Notes under the pieces: model-generated
Databases searched by the model: none
Told to the model about the DNA's origin: nothing
What the model saw: the letters and a program-made list of their open reading frames with translations, nothing else
Made by a program: the position numbers and the translations under genes
NCBI GenBank assembly: GCA_963759415.1
Contig: CAVWZG010000001.1
Coordinates: 111,585 to 175,584 of the forward strand
Direction: 5' to 3'
Length of the DNA: 64,000 nucleotides
Source: an uncultured Verrucomicrobiae bacterium
GTDB lineage: Bacteria > Verrucomicrobiota > Verrucomicrobiia > Limisphaerales > Palsa-1400
In this document: positions 53,304 to 62,527 of the stretch, piece by piece
How the letters are laid out: every line of letters starts with the position of its first letter
How positions within the stretch are numbered: position 1 is the first letter of the stretch

Positions 53304-53903
53304 TCAGCATGCCGAACCCTTGCGACGCAACCACAGCAGACCGGCAATTCCCCCCACCCCAATGAGGGAGAGTGAGTTTGGCTCGGGAACCGCCTCCACG
53401 GTAATATTGTCAACAATGTATGACAAATGCGTGTCATTCAGTTGCGAGGAAAGACTCAAAACCTCAGTCGAATCAGTGGCGGTGAAAGGAACGCAGAAGC
53501 TTTGCCAGACGGGAAGCGCCGGTTCCGCCGTTTCAAAAACGTAAAGGCCGCCTATCGACACCCCAAAACTTGGGTCAGTGGCATCGACGTCGCCGTATGG
53601 GGCGGAAAAGACATAGTTGCCGGAAATGGTATAGGTGCCACCTGGGACTAATCCGTCGATGGTCTGACTGATCGTCGGATAAAGTGACGGCGAAGGTGTT
53701 GCGTCCAGCCGAAACGCGCCTCCCGGATCGCCTTTCCCATACCAACCCCCATTGATACCAACATCCGTCATTATCCACCCCGTCGCGCTGATATCAAATT
53801 CGCCATTAACGACCAGATTCCCTTGGGCCGTGGCCGATTCCAAGGAACCCAACAACGTTACAGTTGCAACACCCAGAGATATTCTTAGTTTCATTTGTTT
53901 CAT
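53304..53903 (-). CDS. PEP-CTERM sorting-domain secreted protein
   Basis: Signal peptide MKQMKLRISLGVATVTLLGSLESATAQG and a C-terminal VPEPNSLSLIGVGGIAGLLWLRRKGSAC. The start is chosen at ATG 53903. Confidence 0.85.
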   Translation of the reverse strand: MKQMKLRISLGVATVTLLGSLESATAQGNLVVNGEFDISATGWIMTDVGINGGWYGKGDPGGAFRLDATPSPSLYPTISQTIDGLVPGGTYTISGNYVFSAPYGDVDATDPSFGVSIGGLYVFETAEPALPVWQSFCVPFTATDSTEVLSLSSQLNDTHLSYIVDNITVEAVPEPNSLSLIGVGGIAGLLWLRRKGSAC

Positions 53904-54344
53904 GGCTGTTTGCCTTTGGCTTGGTTGAGCTGAAAATACAGCGCGCGTACTGATTCGGGTGAAAGCTGCATCTGTGGCGAGTTTCCAGCCGGCACGGCCA
54001 GGGGGCTGCCGTCGTGGAACTGGAAAACATATCGTCCTCATTATCCGTTAACCATTAGCGATAGTAACGGCAGGCGCGGTGGCGTCATCAATTAAATTGA
54101 TATTTAATTCCTCTGCAGGGGGGGGATGGCATGGGTGATGCTTGACGCATGGTGTGCGAATGGCCGCAGAGATGGGAACAAGAATCTTTGAATAATTTAC
54201 GTTGCATTCCCATCTAATGATGGTATAGTGCGGCGGTGTGGCGCTCACGCGCCTGCTCTTTGACATTTTGCGAAGCTCAAAACCGCCGAGGTGAAAAAGC
54301 GGGAACAAATCACGCGGCAAGTCCAAAAGCGGCAAATTTTGCCG

Positions 54345-54479
54345 GTCAAACCCAGCCTGCCCGCCGTAGGCCTTGCGAAGGCGGGTCGCACCAGTCGCAC
54401 CAGTCGCACCAGTCAAACCCAGTCAAACCCAGTCAAACCCAGCCTGCCCGCCGTAGGCCTTGCGGAGGCGGGTCGCACC
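54345..54479. repeat. Composite intergenic repeat: two 48-nt hairpin-bearing units separated by 9-nt and 10-nt microsatellites
   Basis: The unit gtcaaacccagcctgcccgccgtaggccttgcg(a/g)aggcgggtcgcacc occurs at 54345..54392 and 54432..54479, with hairpins cccgcc-N14-ggcggg at 54360..54385 and 54447..54472. Between them lie cagtcgcac (x2-3) and cagtcaaacc (x3). Confidence 0.9.
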
Positions 54480-54506
54480 CAGTCAAACCGCACCCCGGCC
54501 AGTCCC

Positions 54507-54537
54507 AATCTGTGTTAATCTGTGTCAATCTGTGGCT
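54507..54537. repeat. Dispersed ATCTGTG-triplet motif (copy 2 of 2)
   Basis: aatctgtgttaatctgtgtcaatctgtggct, near-identical to 6871..6901. Confidence 0.8.
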
Positions 54538-54614
54538 TAGTAGCCCGCATTTAAATGCGTTTGCCCTGTTTTTAGATGGCGGTCGGGGGACTCCTGCCGA
54601 TAATCTTCATCGCT

Positions 54615-57395
54615 ATGTCAATGTCGCGTCGTACATTCTTTGGAGCGGCCACGGCCGCTTCCGCCACCTTCGCCCTCAAATCGTCGCCGTCCCAAGCGGC
54701 GCCGCCGCCGCCGGTCGATGACCTCATCCGCCACGGGTTGCGCGGCGCGGAGGGCGCGGTCGCGATACCCTCCAGCATGGGGATGGGTTCCGGCGCGCCC
54801 CTCGGCGGCATCGGCACCGGCTTCCTCGAACTCCGGCCCGATGGCTGCTTTTACGAGTGGCAGATCCTCAATTCAGGACCGTGGGCGGGCGGCCGCCGCG
54901 GGACGGGACCAGCATTTCCGGCGGCCGTGCCGCCTAACCTCCGTTTTCTGTTGAGGACGGGCAAACCGGGCGGCGTGCCGCAACTGCGCCGTCTTTACCT
55001 CCGCTCCACCGAAAACGACCTCTATTCCCTGGGCTATGTGCAGGATGTTGAAGCCATTGATTACGAAGCCTGGTTTCCGATGACCTCGCTCCACTACCGC
55101 GACGGCTCGCTGCCGGTGCGGGTCAGCGCCACCGCCTTTTCTCCTTTCATGCCCGGCAAAACCCGCGCTTCCGCCACCCCCGGTTTTCATCTCGTTTTCA
55201 CCCTGGAAAACACCTCCAAGGAATCGGCGCAGGTTTCCTTGCTTTCGGTCCTGGACAATCCGGTGGTTTCGAGCCTGGAAAATCGCCAGCTTAAAAATAC
55301 TCTGCGCCACGATGGTTCCTCCTCCAGCCTCCTCATGCGCACCGAGACGCAGGAGCAAAAGAAATCCGACTTCGGCAGCCTTTGTTTGAGCGTCAACGGC
55401 GGCGACCATTCCTGGATCAGCGGCACCTTCCGGCAGTTCGCCCTGCCGGGAATGTTCCAGTGGACCACGCCCCGGGTCCAATCCATGTGGCTGGATTTGA
55501 TGCAGGATTTTTACAAGACCGGCCGCCTGCCCAACACCGGGGCCGAGAGCGATCCAGCCCAGGAGTTCAAGCTCACAGCAGCGGAAATTGACGCTCTTTC
55601 CGGCGACCAGGCCAAAACTTTCATCCAACAACTTTCCGGCGACGCCTTGTTCAATCGCGTCATTACCGAAACCCGCGCCGCCGATCCCAAGGCAGCCGGC
55701 ACCGGCGAGCACAACAAAATGTTGCTCAACGAAATTGCCCGCAACCTCTCCGGCTCCCTGGCCGGCGGCGAACGCCATGCTTCCACCTGGGGCACGGGCG
55801 CGCTGGCCTCCAGCGTCACTCTGGCGCCGGGGCAGCGCGTGGAAATCCGCTTCACTCTGGCGTGGTTCTTTCCCAATCACGCCCCGAACGGCCGGGAGAT
55901 CGGCCACGTGTACGCCAACTGGTTCAAGGATGCCGCCGGCGTCAACGCCTTTCTCTCCGCCAACTACGACGCCCATCGCCAGGAGACGGAGAAATTCGCC
56001 CGCACCCTGGCCGACACTTCGCTGGGACAACCCCTCTCCTTTGTCTGGTCCAGCCAATTGGGCACGCTTGTCAAAAACACCTGGTGGAGCAAGGAAGGCC
56101 AATACTCGATTTGGGAAGGTTTGGGCTGTTGCGGCCAGAGCACCACGGACGTGGATTTCGACGGCAGTTCCTCCGTGGTCGCCCTGTTTCCCGAGCTTAA
56201 GCTCAGTCAGATGAAGCACTTCGGCGCGTTTCAAAACGAGCTTGGACAGGTGCCCCATAAATACACCGACCGCTTCGATCTCGTGGACAGCGACGGCTTT
56301 AGCCGCGTCGATATGAACCCGCAGTGGGTCATGATGGTCTGCCGCGATTATCTTTGGACCGGCAACATGGAATACCTTAAATCCATGTGGCCCGGAGTGC
56401 TCAAGGCCATGCAATTCACCGCTTCCCTCGACACCGACGGCGACGGCCTGCCGGACAAGGATACCCGTGTCCAGACCTATGACCAGTGGGGCTTGCGCGG
56501 CGTTCCCTCCTACATCGCATCGCTCTGGATAGGGGCCTTGCGCGCGGCCATCCGCCTGGCCCGCGATTTGGAAAAGCCCGATGATGCCCGGCGCTTTCAA
56601 GATCTTCTCGACAAAGCATCCGCCAGCTTCGACCGCCTTCTTTTTAATGGCGATTACTACAGCCTTTGGGTGGACGGCGACCTGCGCGATGAAATTTGCA
56701 TGAGCGACCAGATCAGCGGCGAGTGGTTCAGCCATTTGATGGGACTGCCCACCACCATCTCCGAAAAGAACCTCAACCGCGCCGTGGACAACATTTGGAA
56801 ATATAACTACAGCCCCGAAGTCGGGCTGCATAACGCCACCGCCCCGAGAGGCGGCAAGGATGGCCCAACCATGAACAATCTCCAGGCCGGCGGCGTCTGG
56901 TCCGGCATCGAGTTTGCCTTCGCCTCATTCCTGATGGATCACGGACGCTATGCCGACGGGGTCCGACTGGTGGAAGCGGTCCACCGCCGCTATCTTCGCG
57001 CCGGAATGCCGTGGAACCACGTTGAATGCGGACACCACTACACGCGCGCCATGAGCAGTTGGACTACGTTGCTGGCCGCCACCGGCTTCAAACCGGATTG
57101 GCCGGCCCAATCGCTGGCCGTTCTTCCTGGCGTGCCGGGCGACTTCCATGCCCCCTGGGTCACCGCCTCCGGTTTCGGCCGCATCAGCCGCAAAGGTGGC
57201 GCCCTCAGCCTGGAATGCCAATCCGGCAGCCTGAGCTTCAAGAAACTCGAGGTCAACCTGCCCGCAACCCGTCTGGCCGTGCGTGTCGCCGGACATTCCG
57301 TAGCCGCCCGAACCACGCGCCAAGGGTCGAACGTCACGTTCGAATTTCCGCAACCCATGACCCTCCAGGCCGGCCAGACCTGCACGGTCGGGTAA
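54615..57395 (+). CDS. Glycoside hydrolase family 116-like (GBA2-type beta-glucosidase) with a Tat signal
   Basis: Tat-like MSMSRRTFFGAATAASATFA. The N-domain motif APLGGIGTGFLELRPDGCFYEWQILN is typical of the GH116 N-terminal domain. The C-terminal (alpha/alpha)6-like region is YDQWGLRGVPSYIASLWIGALRAAIRLA. Confidence 0.7.
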   Translation: MSMSRRTFFGAATAASATFALKSSPSQAAPPPPVDDLIRHGLRGAEGAVAIPSSMGMGSGAPLGGIGTGFLELRPDGCFYEWQILNSGPWAGGRRGTGPAFPAAVPPNLRFLLRTGKPGGVPQLRRLYLRSTENDLYSLGYVQDVEAIDYEAWFPMTSLHYRDGSLPVRVSATAFSPFMPGKTRASATPGFHLVFTLENTSKESAQVSLLSVLDNPVVSSLENRQLKNTLRHDGSSSSLLMRTETQEQKKSDFGSLCLSVNGGDHSWISGTFRQFALPGMFQWTTPRVQSMWLDLMQDFYKTGRLPNTGAESDPAQEFKLTAAEIDALSGDQAKTFIQQLSGDALFNRVITETRAADPKAAGTGEHNKMLLNEIARNLSGSLAGGERHASTWGTGALASSVTLAPGQRVEIRFTLAWFFPNHAPNGREIGHVYANWFKDAAGVNAFLSANYDAHRQETEKFARTLADTSLGQPLSFVWSSQLGTLVKNTWWSKEGQYSIWEGLGCCGQSTTDVDFDGSSSVVALFPELKLSQMKHFGAFQNELGQVPHKYTDRFDLVDSDGFSRVDMNPQWVMMVCRDYLWTGNMEYLKSMWPGVLKAMQFTASLDTDGDGLPDKDTRVQTYDQWGLRGVPSYIASLWIGALRAAIRLARDLEKPDDARRFQDLLDKASASFDRLLFNGDYYSLWVDGDLRDEICMSDQISGEWFSHLMGLPTTISEKNLNRAVDNIWKYNYSPEVGLHNATAPRGGKDGPTMNNLQAGGVWSGIEFAFASFLMDHGRYADGVRLVEAVHRRYLRAGMPWNHVECGHHYTRAMSSWTTLLAATGFKPDWPAQSLAVLPGVPGDFHAPWVTASGFGRISRKGGALSLECQSGSLSFKKLEVNLPATRLAVRVAGHSVAARTTRQGSNVTFEFPQPMTLQAGQTCTVG

Positions 57396-57480
57396 GTTTG
57401 GCGAACGGTTGCAAGATTCATTCCCGGGCTCCGTATAGGACTTAGATGATTATGGCGAGACACGCCAAATCGGAGGAATT

Positions 57481-58266
57481 ATGAAAATGAAAAATCGTCC
57501 GTCAGTAATTCGGATGGCCATTGCCACCACCACGGTCACGGCAATTTGTTTCGGTGCTCCATGGAGCATCCACGCCCAAAACACTTTCACCAGCGCGCCG
57601 CCGCCGGCCGGCGTCGTTCAGGCCAACCCCAACGGCATATTTCCGGGGTCGCTCTCGACCACATACGCCCCAAGGCCTGGCGCCCCGGCCCCTGCCCTGC
57701 CCTATGGCGTGGGCGAAGTGGTCAAGATGTATCAGGGCGGCATCAATAAAGAAATCATCCTCAATTACATCTACAACACCGCGCTGCCGTATCACCTGAC
57801 CGCTGATGGCATCATCTATATGCAGACTTTGGGCATACCGCAGGAAATCACCAAAGCCATGATGATGCGCGACGGCCAGTTGCAACAGCAACAACAAGCC
57901 AATCAGCAGCAGTACCAGCTACAGCAGTACCAGCAGCAATACCAACAGCAGCCAATGCAAATGGCCCCGCCGCCTGCAAGTGGCCCCATGGAAACCCAAT
58001 CACCTGTGCAGATCGTGACTCCCCCAACGCCAGCGCCTGCCGTGACTGTGATTGGTTCAGATTATCCGGTTTATAATTACGGATACCCTTACGGCTATGC
58101 CGGGCCTTATTGCTATGGGGCGCCACTGGTCGTCGGAGGCTGGGGCTGGGGATGGGGTTGGGGACATGGTGGCTTTCGCGGAGGTTTTGGCGGTGGGTTT
58201 CGCGGTGGGTTTCATGAAGGCTTTCGGGGTGGCTTTGGCGGCGGGCACGGTGGCCATCACCGATGA
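57481..58266 (+). CDS. Secreted low-complexity protein: small conserved domain, Q-rich tract, aromatic/Gly tract and (G)GFRGGF repeats
   Basis: Signal peptide, then GVGEVVKMYQGGINKEIILNYIYNTALPYHLTADGIIYMQTLGIPQEITKAMMMRD, then QLQQQQQANQQQYQLQQYQQQYQQQ, and finally GGWGWGWGWGHGGFRGGFGGGFRGGFHEGFRGGFGGGHGGHHR. Confidence 0.7.
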   Translation: MKMKNRPSVIRMAIATTTVTAICFGAPWSIHAQNTFTSAPPPAGVVQANPNGIFPGSLSTTYAPRPGAPAPALPYGVGEVVKMYQGGINKEIILNYIYNTALPYHLTADGIIYMQTLGIPQEITKAMMMRDGQLQQQQQANQQQYQLQQYQQQYQQQPMQMAPPPASGPMETQSPVQIVTPPTPAPAVTVIGSDYPVYNYGYPYGYAGPYCYGAPLVVGGWGWGWGWGHGGFRGGFGGGFRGGFHEGFRGGFGGGHGGHHR

Positions 58267-58300
58267 ACCTCAGCCTTTTAGAATCAACCGCTGACGAATC

Positions 58301-59062
58301 TCAGGAGAATAGTTCCAGCCAGACGGGGGCGGAAAGCGCCATCCGGACCACGTCGCGCCATTTGTTCTGGATCATGGCTTCTTCCAGGAAGAGGCCCTCC
58401 AACTCGAAGCCGAACTTGCGGTTGAGGTTCAGGTTGCGGATGTTGATGTCGAGTGAGTGGAGATAGACCTTTCTGAATTTGCGGATCACGAAAGAGTCGT
58501 AGAGAAAAAGGAAGGTCGCCCGCTTGCCAAGGCCCTTGCCGCGCATGGCGGCCTCGCCAACCAGTTTGCGCATTTCGAGACGGGCGGACTTGGCCTCGAT
58601 ATTCTCGGCGCCGATAATTCCCACGAAGTCATTCTCGTGAAAGATGGAAAAGTACTCGCGCGCGGGAGATTGAAAATACGCCGTCAACTCCGCTTCGGAC
58701 TCGGGGAACCTGGGATAGAAACTCTCGCAAATCGCGGGCACGCGCAGCCAGGCGCCGATTTTTGGAATCAGCGCCAGGTCGATCGGGGCGATGCTGACTT
58801 TGTGGAGGCTCAGACGTTTCGAGGCGGCCCATTCGTCGTGGACATCCTTAATGGTGAAGAGCCGGTTGTAATAGTCCGTCTGTTTGTTGGCGAAACCGCC
58901 CTTCTGCATGACGTTGTCCAAAAGATGACCCGCGACGTTGAGGATGTCGGTCTTGTCCACGCCGTAATTGATCAGCTCGTTGTAAAACCCCTTGGCCACG
59001 AGCTTGAGCATCTGCTCCCGGTACTTCCGCATCGCGTTTCCAAGTTCCGCATCTTCTGTCAT
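58301..59062 (-). CDS. GNAT-family N-acetyltransferase with a ~110-aa N-terminal extension
   Basis: The C-terminal half reads FVGIIGAENI...LEMRKLVGEAAMRGKGLGKRATFLFL...NLNLNRKFGFELEG (acetyl-CoA motif R-x-x-G-x-G). Confidence 0.7.
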   Translation of the reverse strand: MTEDAELGNAMRKYREQMLKLVAKGFYNELINYGVDKTDILNVAGHLLDNVMQKGGFANKQTDYYNRLFTIKDVHDEWAASKRLSLHKVSIAPIDLALIPKIGAWLRVPAICESFYPRFPESEAELTAYFQSPAREYFSIFHENDFVGIIGAENIEAKSARLEMRKLVGEAAMRGKGLGKRATFLFLYDSFVIRKFRKVYLHSLDINIRNLNLNRKFGFELEGLFLEEAMIQNKWRDVVRMALSAPVWLELFS

Positions 59063-59124
59063 ACTTTCAACGGTGAATCAGCCTTGAATTAAGCCAGCCA
59101 AAGGGCGCAAAGTCAACGTTCGAT

Positions 59125-60339
59125 TCATTGCGACGCGCCCAATGGCGGACTCGCTCCGAATTGCGCGGCCCGACGTTCCGGGCCGCACATGATCACGATG
59201 GCCCCGACGAAGAAGACCGCCAGCGCCATCATGCCCATCGTTGCGGAATAACCCGCGTTTTTGGCTAATTGGCTCTGAAAATGCGCGGAATTGGCCGCCA
59301 GAAGCACTCCGCATTGGTAAGCAAAGCCCGGCAGGAACCCGCGCACCGCGTCAGGCGAAAGCTCCGTAATGTGAGCCGGTATCACGCCCCAACTGCCCTG
59401 CACCATGAATTGCATGAAAAAGGCGCCGATGGCCAGCATGGCCGTGGTTGATCCGGATGCCCAAAGCGGGACGAGGACAGCCGCGAAAATGAAGGCCAAA
59501 ACCATTCCGCGACGACGACCCAGCCGATCGGACAGGAAACCAAAAGCCACCCCGCCGAGTATCGCCCCTATATTATAAAGAATCGCGATATCGGCCACCT
59601 GGCTCTTGCCCAAATGGCGCTCTTTCTCCAGAAAAGTGGGATAAAGGTCCTGCGTTCCGTGCGACGCGAAATTCATAAGCGTCATAAGAAGTGTCACATA
59701 AAGGAACATTTTCCAGTTCTTCATGATCGCCCGGCCCAGGCTGGCCCAGCTTTCCTGCCGGGTGCTTTGCCAGGCGGCCGATTCCTTCACGCGGTAAAGG
59801 AGAAAAACGGCCAACAAGGTGGGGAATGCGCCAATGAAGAAAAGGGTCCGCCAACTCCAGTCCGGTGGTATCATCCGAAAACAACACGCCGCCAACAGAT
59901 AGCCGAACGGGTATCCTTGTTGCAGGATGCCTGAGACGACTCCGCGAAACCGCGGCGGGACCTTCTCCATCGCCAGAGCGGCGCCCAAGCCCCATTCCCC
60001 ACCCATGCCCACGCCGAAGAGACACCGGCAAATCATGAAACTTGTATAGGTCGGCGCCAAGCCGGACAACACCTCCATGACGCTGAAGAAGACCAGATTC
60101 CACATCATGGGCACCCTCCGTCCATAACGATCGGCCAGCGAGCCAAACAGGAGCGCGCCTATGGGGCGAAAGGCCAGAGTCGCGGTAATGGCGAGCGTCA
60201 TTTTCTCCAACGACACATCAAAGTCCTTCGCCGCCTTGGAGAGCACAAAGACCAGGACAAAAAAGTCAAATGCATCAAAAGCCCAACCCAGAAAGCTGGC
60301 CAGCACTGCGTTGAACGCGTCCGAATTAGGCCGTTTCAT
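59125..60339 (-). CDS. MFS transporter
   Basis: About 12 hydrophobic helices, with the MFS motif-A-like GALLFGSLADRYGRRVPM and a second copy GFLSDRLGRRRGM. The ATG at 60339 is preceded by AGGAGA. Confidence 0.85.
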   Translation of the reverse strand: MKRPNSDAFNAVLASFLGWAFDAFDFFVLVFVLSKAAKDFDVSLEKMTLAITATLAFRPIGALLFGSLADRYGRRVPMMWNLVFFSVMEVLSGLAPTYTSFMICRCLFGVGMGGEWGLGAALAMEKVPPRFRGVVSGILQQGYPFGYLLAACCFRMIPPDWSWRTLFFIGAFPTLLAVFLLYRVKESAAWQSTRQESWASLGRAIMKNWKMFLYVTLLMTLMNFASHGTQDLYPTFLEKERHLGKSQVADIAILYNIGAILGGVAFGFLSDRLGRRRGMVLAFIFAAVLVPLWASGSTTAMLAIGAFFMQFMVQGSWGVIPAHITELSPDAVRGFLPGFAYQCGVLLAANSAHFQSQLAKNAGYSATMGMMALAVFFVGAIVIMCGPERRAAQFGASPPLGASQ

Positions 60340-60437
60340 CTGTCTCTCCTGTGTGATCATCTGCAAAGGTATAGAAATAATTCCTCTCCATCGCAACTTT
60401 CTTGTCGAATGGCCGTTCCGGCCATAGCCTGCGGCAC

Positions 60438-62015
60438 ATGATGATCCGATGGCTTTTTATTGTCTTGCTGGGCGGACTGCCCTGTTTGCATGCGGCCCCC
60501 TCTGCGCAATCGGCCCCGGAGTTGTGGAAACTGGCCCAACGGTCTGCCAAGAGCCATCGCTTCTCCACCCTTTTTACCGCCCAGGACGTTCGTGATTCTT
60601 TGTCCTCTGAGGCCGCGAGTGACGAAGCCATCCGCTGGTGCAAGGCTTCGGCGGTGACCAGGGTTTATTTGGAGACATTCCGCAATGGCTACCAAGCCGA
60701 CCGCGCCACGCTGGCGCGGGCGCGGGATCGTTTCCGCGCGGAAGGTTTCCTCGTTTCCGGCTGCGTGACAACGACTCGCGTGGGAAAACCCTCCGATCAT
60801 TGGTCCACCGAGATCTCCTGTTACACGGACCCCGCTGGCCAGGACCATCTCCAGTCCATCTTCCAGTACGCCGCCGGCTTGTTCGACGAGATTATGATTG
60901 ACGATTTCTGGTTCACCGATTGCACCTGTTCCAACTGCGACGCGGCGCGGCGCAGCCAGGCCGTTTCCATCGGCTCGCGCGCCTATCCTGTCAACGGCGA
61001 CACTTGGTCGGATTATCGCCGCGAACTGATGCTCCGCCTGTCCGAGGACCGCTTGCTGGCCGCGGCCAAAAGCGTGAACCCAAAAGTCCGTCTGATTGTT
61101 AAATATCCCAAATGGTACGACACCTTCCAGGATCGAGGCTATGACGTGGCACGGGAGACCGCCGTCTTCGATCGCACTTGGGTCGGCACCGAAACCCGCG
61201 ACTACACCAATGCCCGCTGGGGCGGCACCCCGCAGTACGAGGGCTATTTTCTGATGCGCTGGCTGGGCGGCATCGGCGGCCCCAAGTGCGGCGGCGGGTG
61301 GTACGACTGGCTTGGCACGACGGAGCACACTTACGTGGAACAAGCCCGGCAGACAGTGCTGGCTGGCGCCCGCGAATCCATGCTCTTCTGCTTCGGCGGG
61401 CTTCATCGTGACACCGGGCCGGCTGACGTCCAGGCCTTGCAAAAAAACATCCCCGAATTGCTGGCCGTGGCCCGTGAAGTCCAACGCCGCGAGCCGGTGG
61501 GAATCGCCGCCTACAAACCGCCCAACAGCAGCGCGCAGGATGAATCGCGCGTCTTCGATTTCGCCGGCATGATCGGTCTGCCCCTCGCGCCGTGTCACCA
61601 ATTTCCCACCAATGCCCCGGCGGCGTTCCTTTCCGTTCACGCTTTGGCGGACTCCAACCTGCCGTCGGAGCTGGGCCACTTTATCCGCTCGGGCAGGCCT
61701 GTACTATTGACTGACGGTTTGGCGCGGCGCCTCGGGAACCAGGTCAACCTCACCGCGACCAACGTTTATGTCCTGGAGGTCAAGGCGCATCCTGATTCCC
61801 TGCTGGCGCTGGGGCAGGCGCGGCTGGATGAGCTTCGCGCGCCGTTGCTCAAGGCGCTGCACACGGATTTTCAAGCCCCGAACCGCGTGGCGCTGTATTT
61901 GTTCTCGCATGGCGGGCGGGTGGTGGAAAATTTCAACGATGCGCCCGTTGACGTGGTGCTCAATGGCCGGTCGATTCGCGTGCAGGCGCGCGGCTGGAAT
62001 TACACTTGGAATTAG
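60438..62015 (+). CDS. Secreted hypothetical protein (possible glycoside-hydrolase-like TIM barrel, weak)
   Basis: Signal peptide MMIRWLFIVLLGGLPCLHAAPSA. The ORF is long with normal composition. I recognise no firm motif. Confidence 0.55.
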   Translation: MMIRWLFIVLLGGLPCLHAAPSAQSAPELWKLAQRSAKSHRFSTLFTAQDVRDSLSSEAASDEAIRWCKASAVTRVYLETFRNGYQADRATLARARDRFRAEGFLVSGCVTTTRVGKPSDHWSTEISCYTDPAGQDHLQSIFQYAAGLFDEIMIDDFWFTDCTCSNCDAARRSQAVSIGSRAYPVNGDTWSDYRRELMLRLSEDRLLAAAKSVNPKVRLIVKYPKWYDTFQDRGYDVARETAVFDRTWVGTETRDYTNARWGGTPQYEGYFLMRWLGGIGGPKCGGGWYDWLGTTEHTYVEQARQTVLAGARESMLFCFGGLHRDTGPADVQALQKNIPELLAVAREVQRREPVGIAAYKPPNSSAQDESRVFDFAGMIGLPLAPCHQFPTNAPAAFLSVHALADSNLPSELGHFIRSGRPVLLTDGLARRLGNQVNLTATNVYVLEVKAHPDSLLALGQARLDELRAPLLKALHTDFQAPNRVALYLFSHGGRVVENFNDAPVDVVLNGRSIRVQARGWNYTWN

Positions 62016-62059
62016 GAAATCTTTTTTGAACTTCGCGCCAGGATGTGGCTAATTGAGAG

Positions 62060-62518
62060 ATGACGACGAACGCCATTCGAGGACGACAGCCGGACGCGGT
62101 GACGCAGTTTTCCGTCTTTACCGCCAACCGCATGGGACGGTTGCATGACCTGATCCACCTTCTCGGCGCCAATTCCGTCCATGTTTTGGCGGTCACGGTT
62201 TTGGACACCACGGAGACGGCCATCATCCGGCTGGTGGTGGACGATCCGCAGGCGGCGCGGCGCCTGCTGCAGGACAACAACTTTGCCTTTACCGAATGCC
62301 AAATCCTCGTGGTGGAACTCGATGGCGCCACTCAATTGCCCGAATTGATGTCCGCCTTTCTGGAAGCGGAAGTCAATGTCAATTATATGTATTGCTTCAT
62401 CCCCCATCCCCAAGGCAAGGCGATGATGGGCGTGAGCATGGAGGACAATGAGATCGGCGAAAAAATCCTGGCCCGGCACGGTTTCCGGATCTTGCGGCAA
62501 TCCGACGTTTCCCGTTAG
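62060..62518 (+). CDS. ACT-domain (amino-acid-binding) protein
   Basis: 152-aa ORF with two ACT-like beta-alpha-beta-beta-alpha-beta units (QFSVFTANRMGRLHDLIHLL...AIIRLVV and ILVVELDGATQLPELMSAFLEAEVNVNYMY). Confidence 0.65.
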   Translation: MTTNAIRGRQPDAVTQFSVFTANRMGRLHDLIHLLGANSVHVLAVTVLDTTETAIIRLVVDDPQAARRLLQDNNFAFTECQILVVELDGATQLPELMSAFLEAEVNVNYMYCFIPHPQGKAMMGVSMEDNEIGEKILARHGFRILRQSDVSR

Positions 62519-62527
62519 CCGGGCGCC

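Noticed and set aside
54048-54721. ORFs 54048..54416(-), 54236..54721(+) and 54291..54518(+)
   Set aside because: Their peptides (TGATGATGATRLRKAYGGQAG, SHQSHQSHQSNPVKPSQTQPARRRP, and others) are direct read-outs of the microsatellites and hairpin units. They have no independent coding evidence.
54873-56831. 652-aa minus-strand ORF
   Set aside because: It is an antisense shadow of the GH116-like gene. Its composition is G/A/R/V-rich and it has no recognisable domain.
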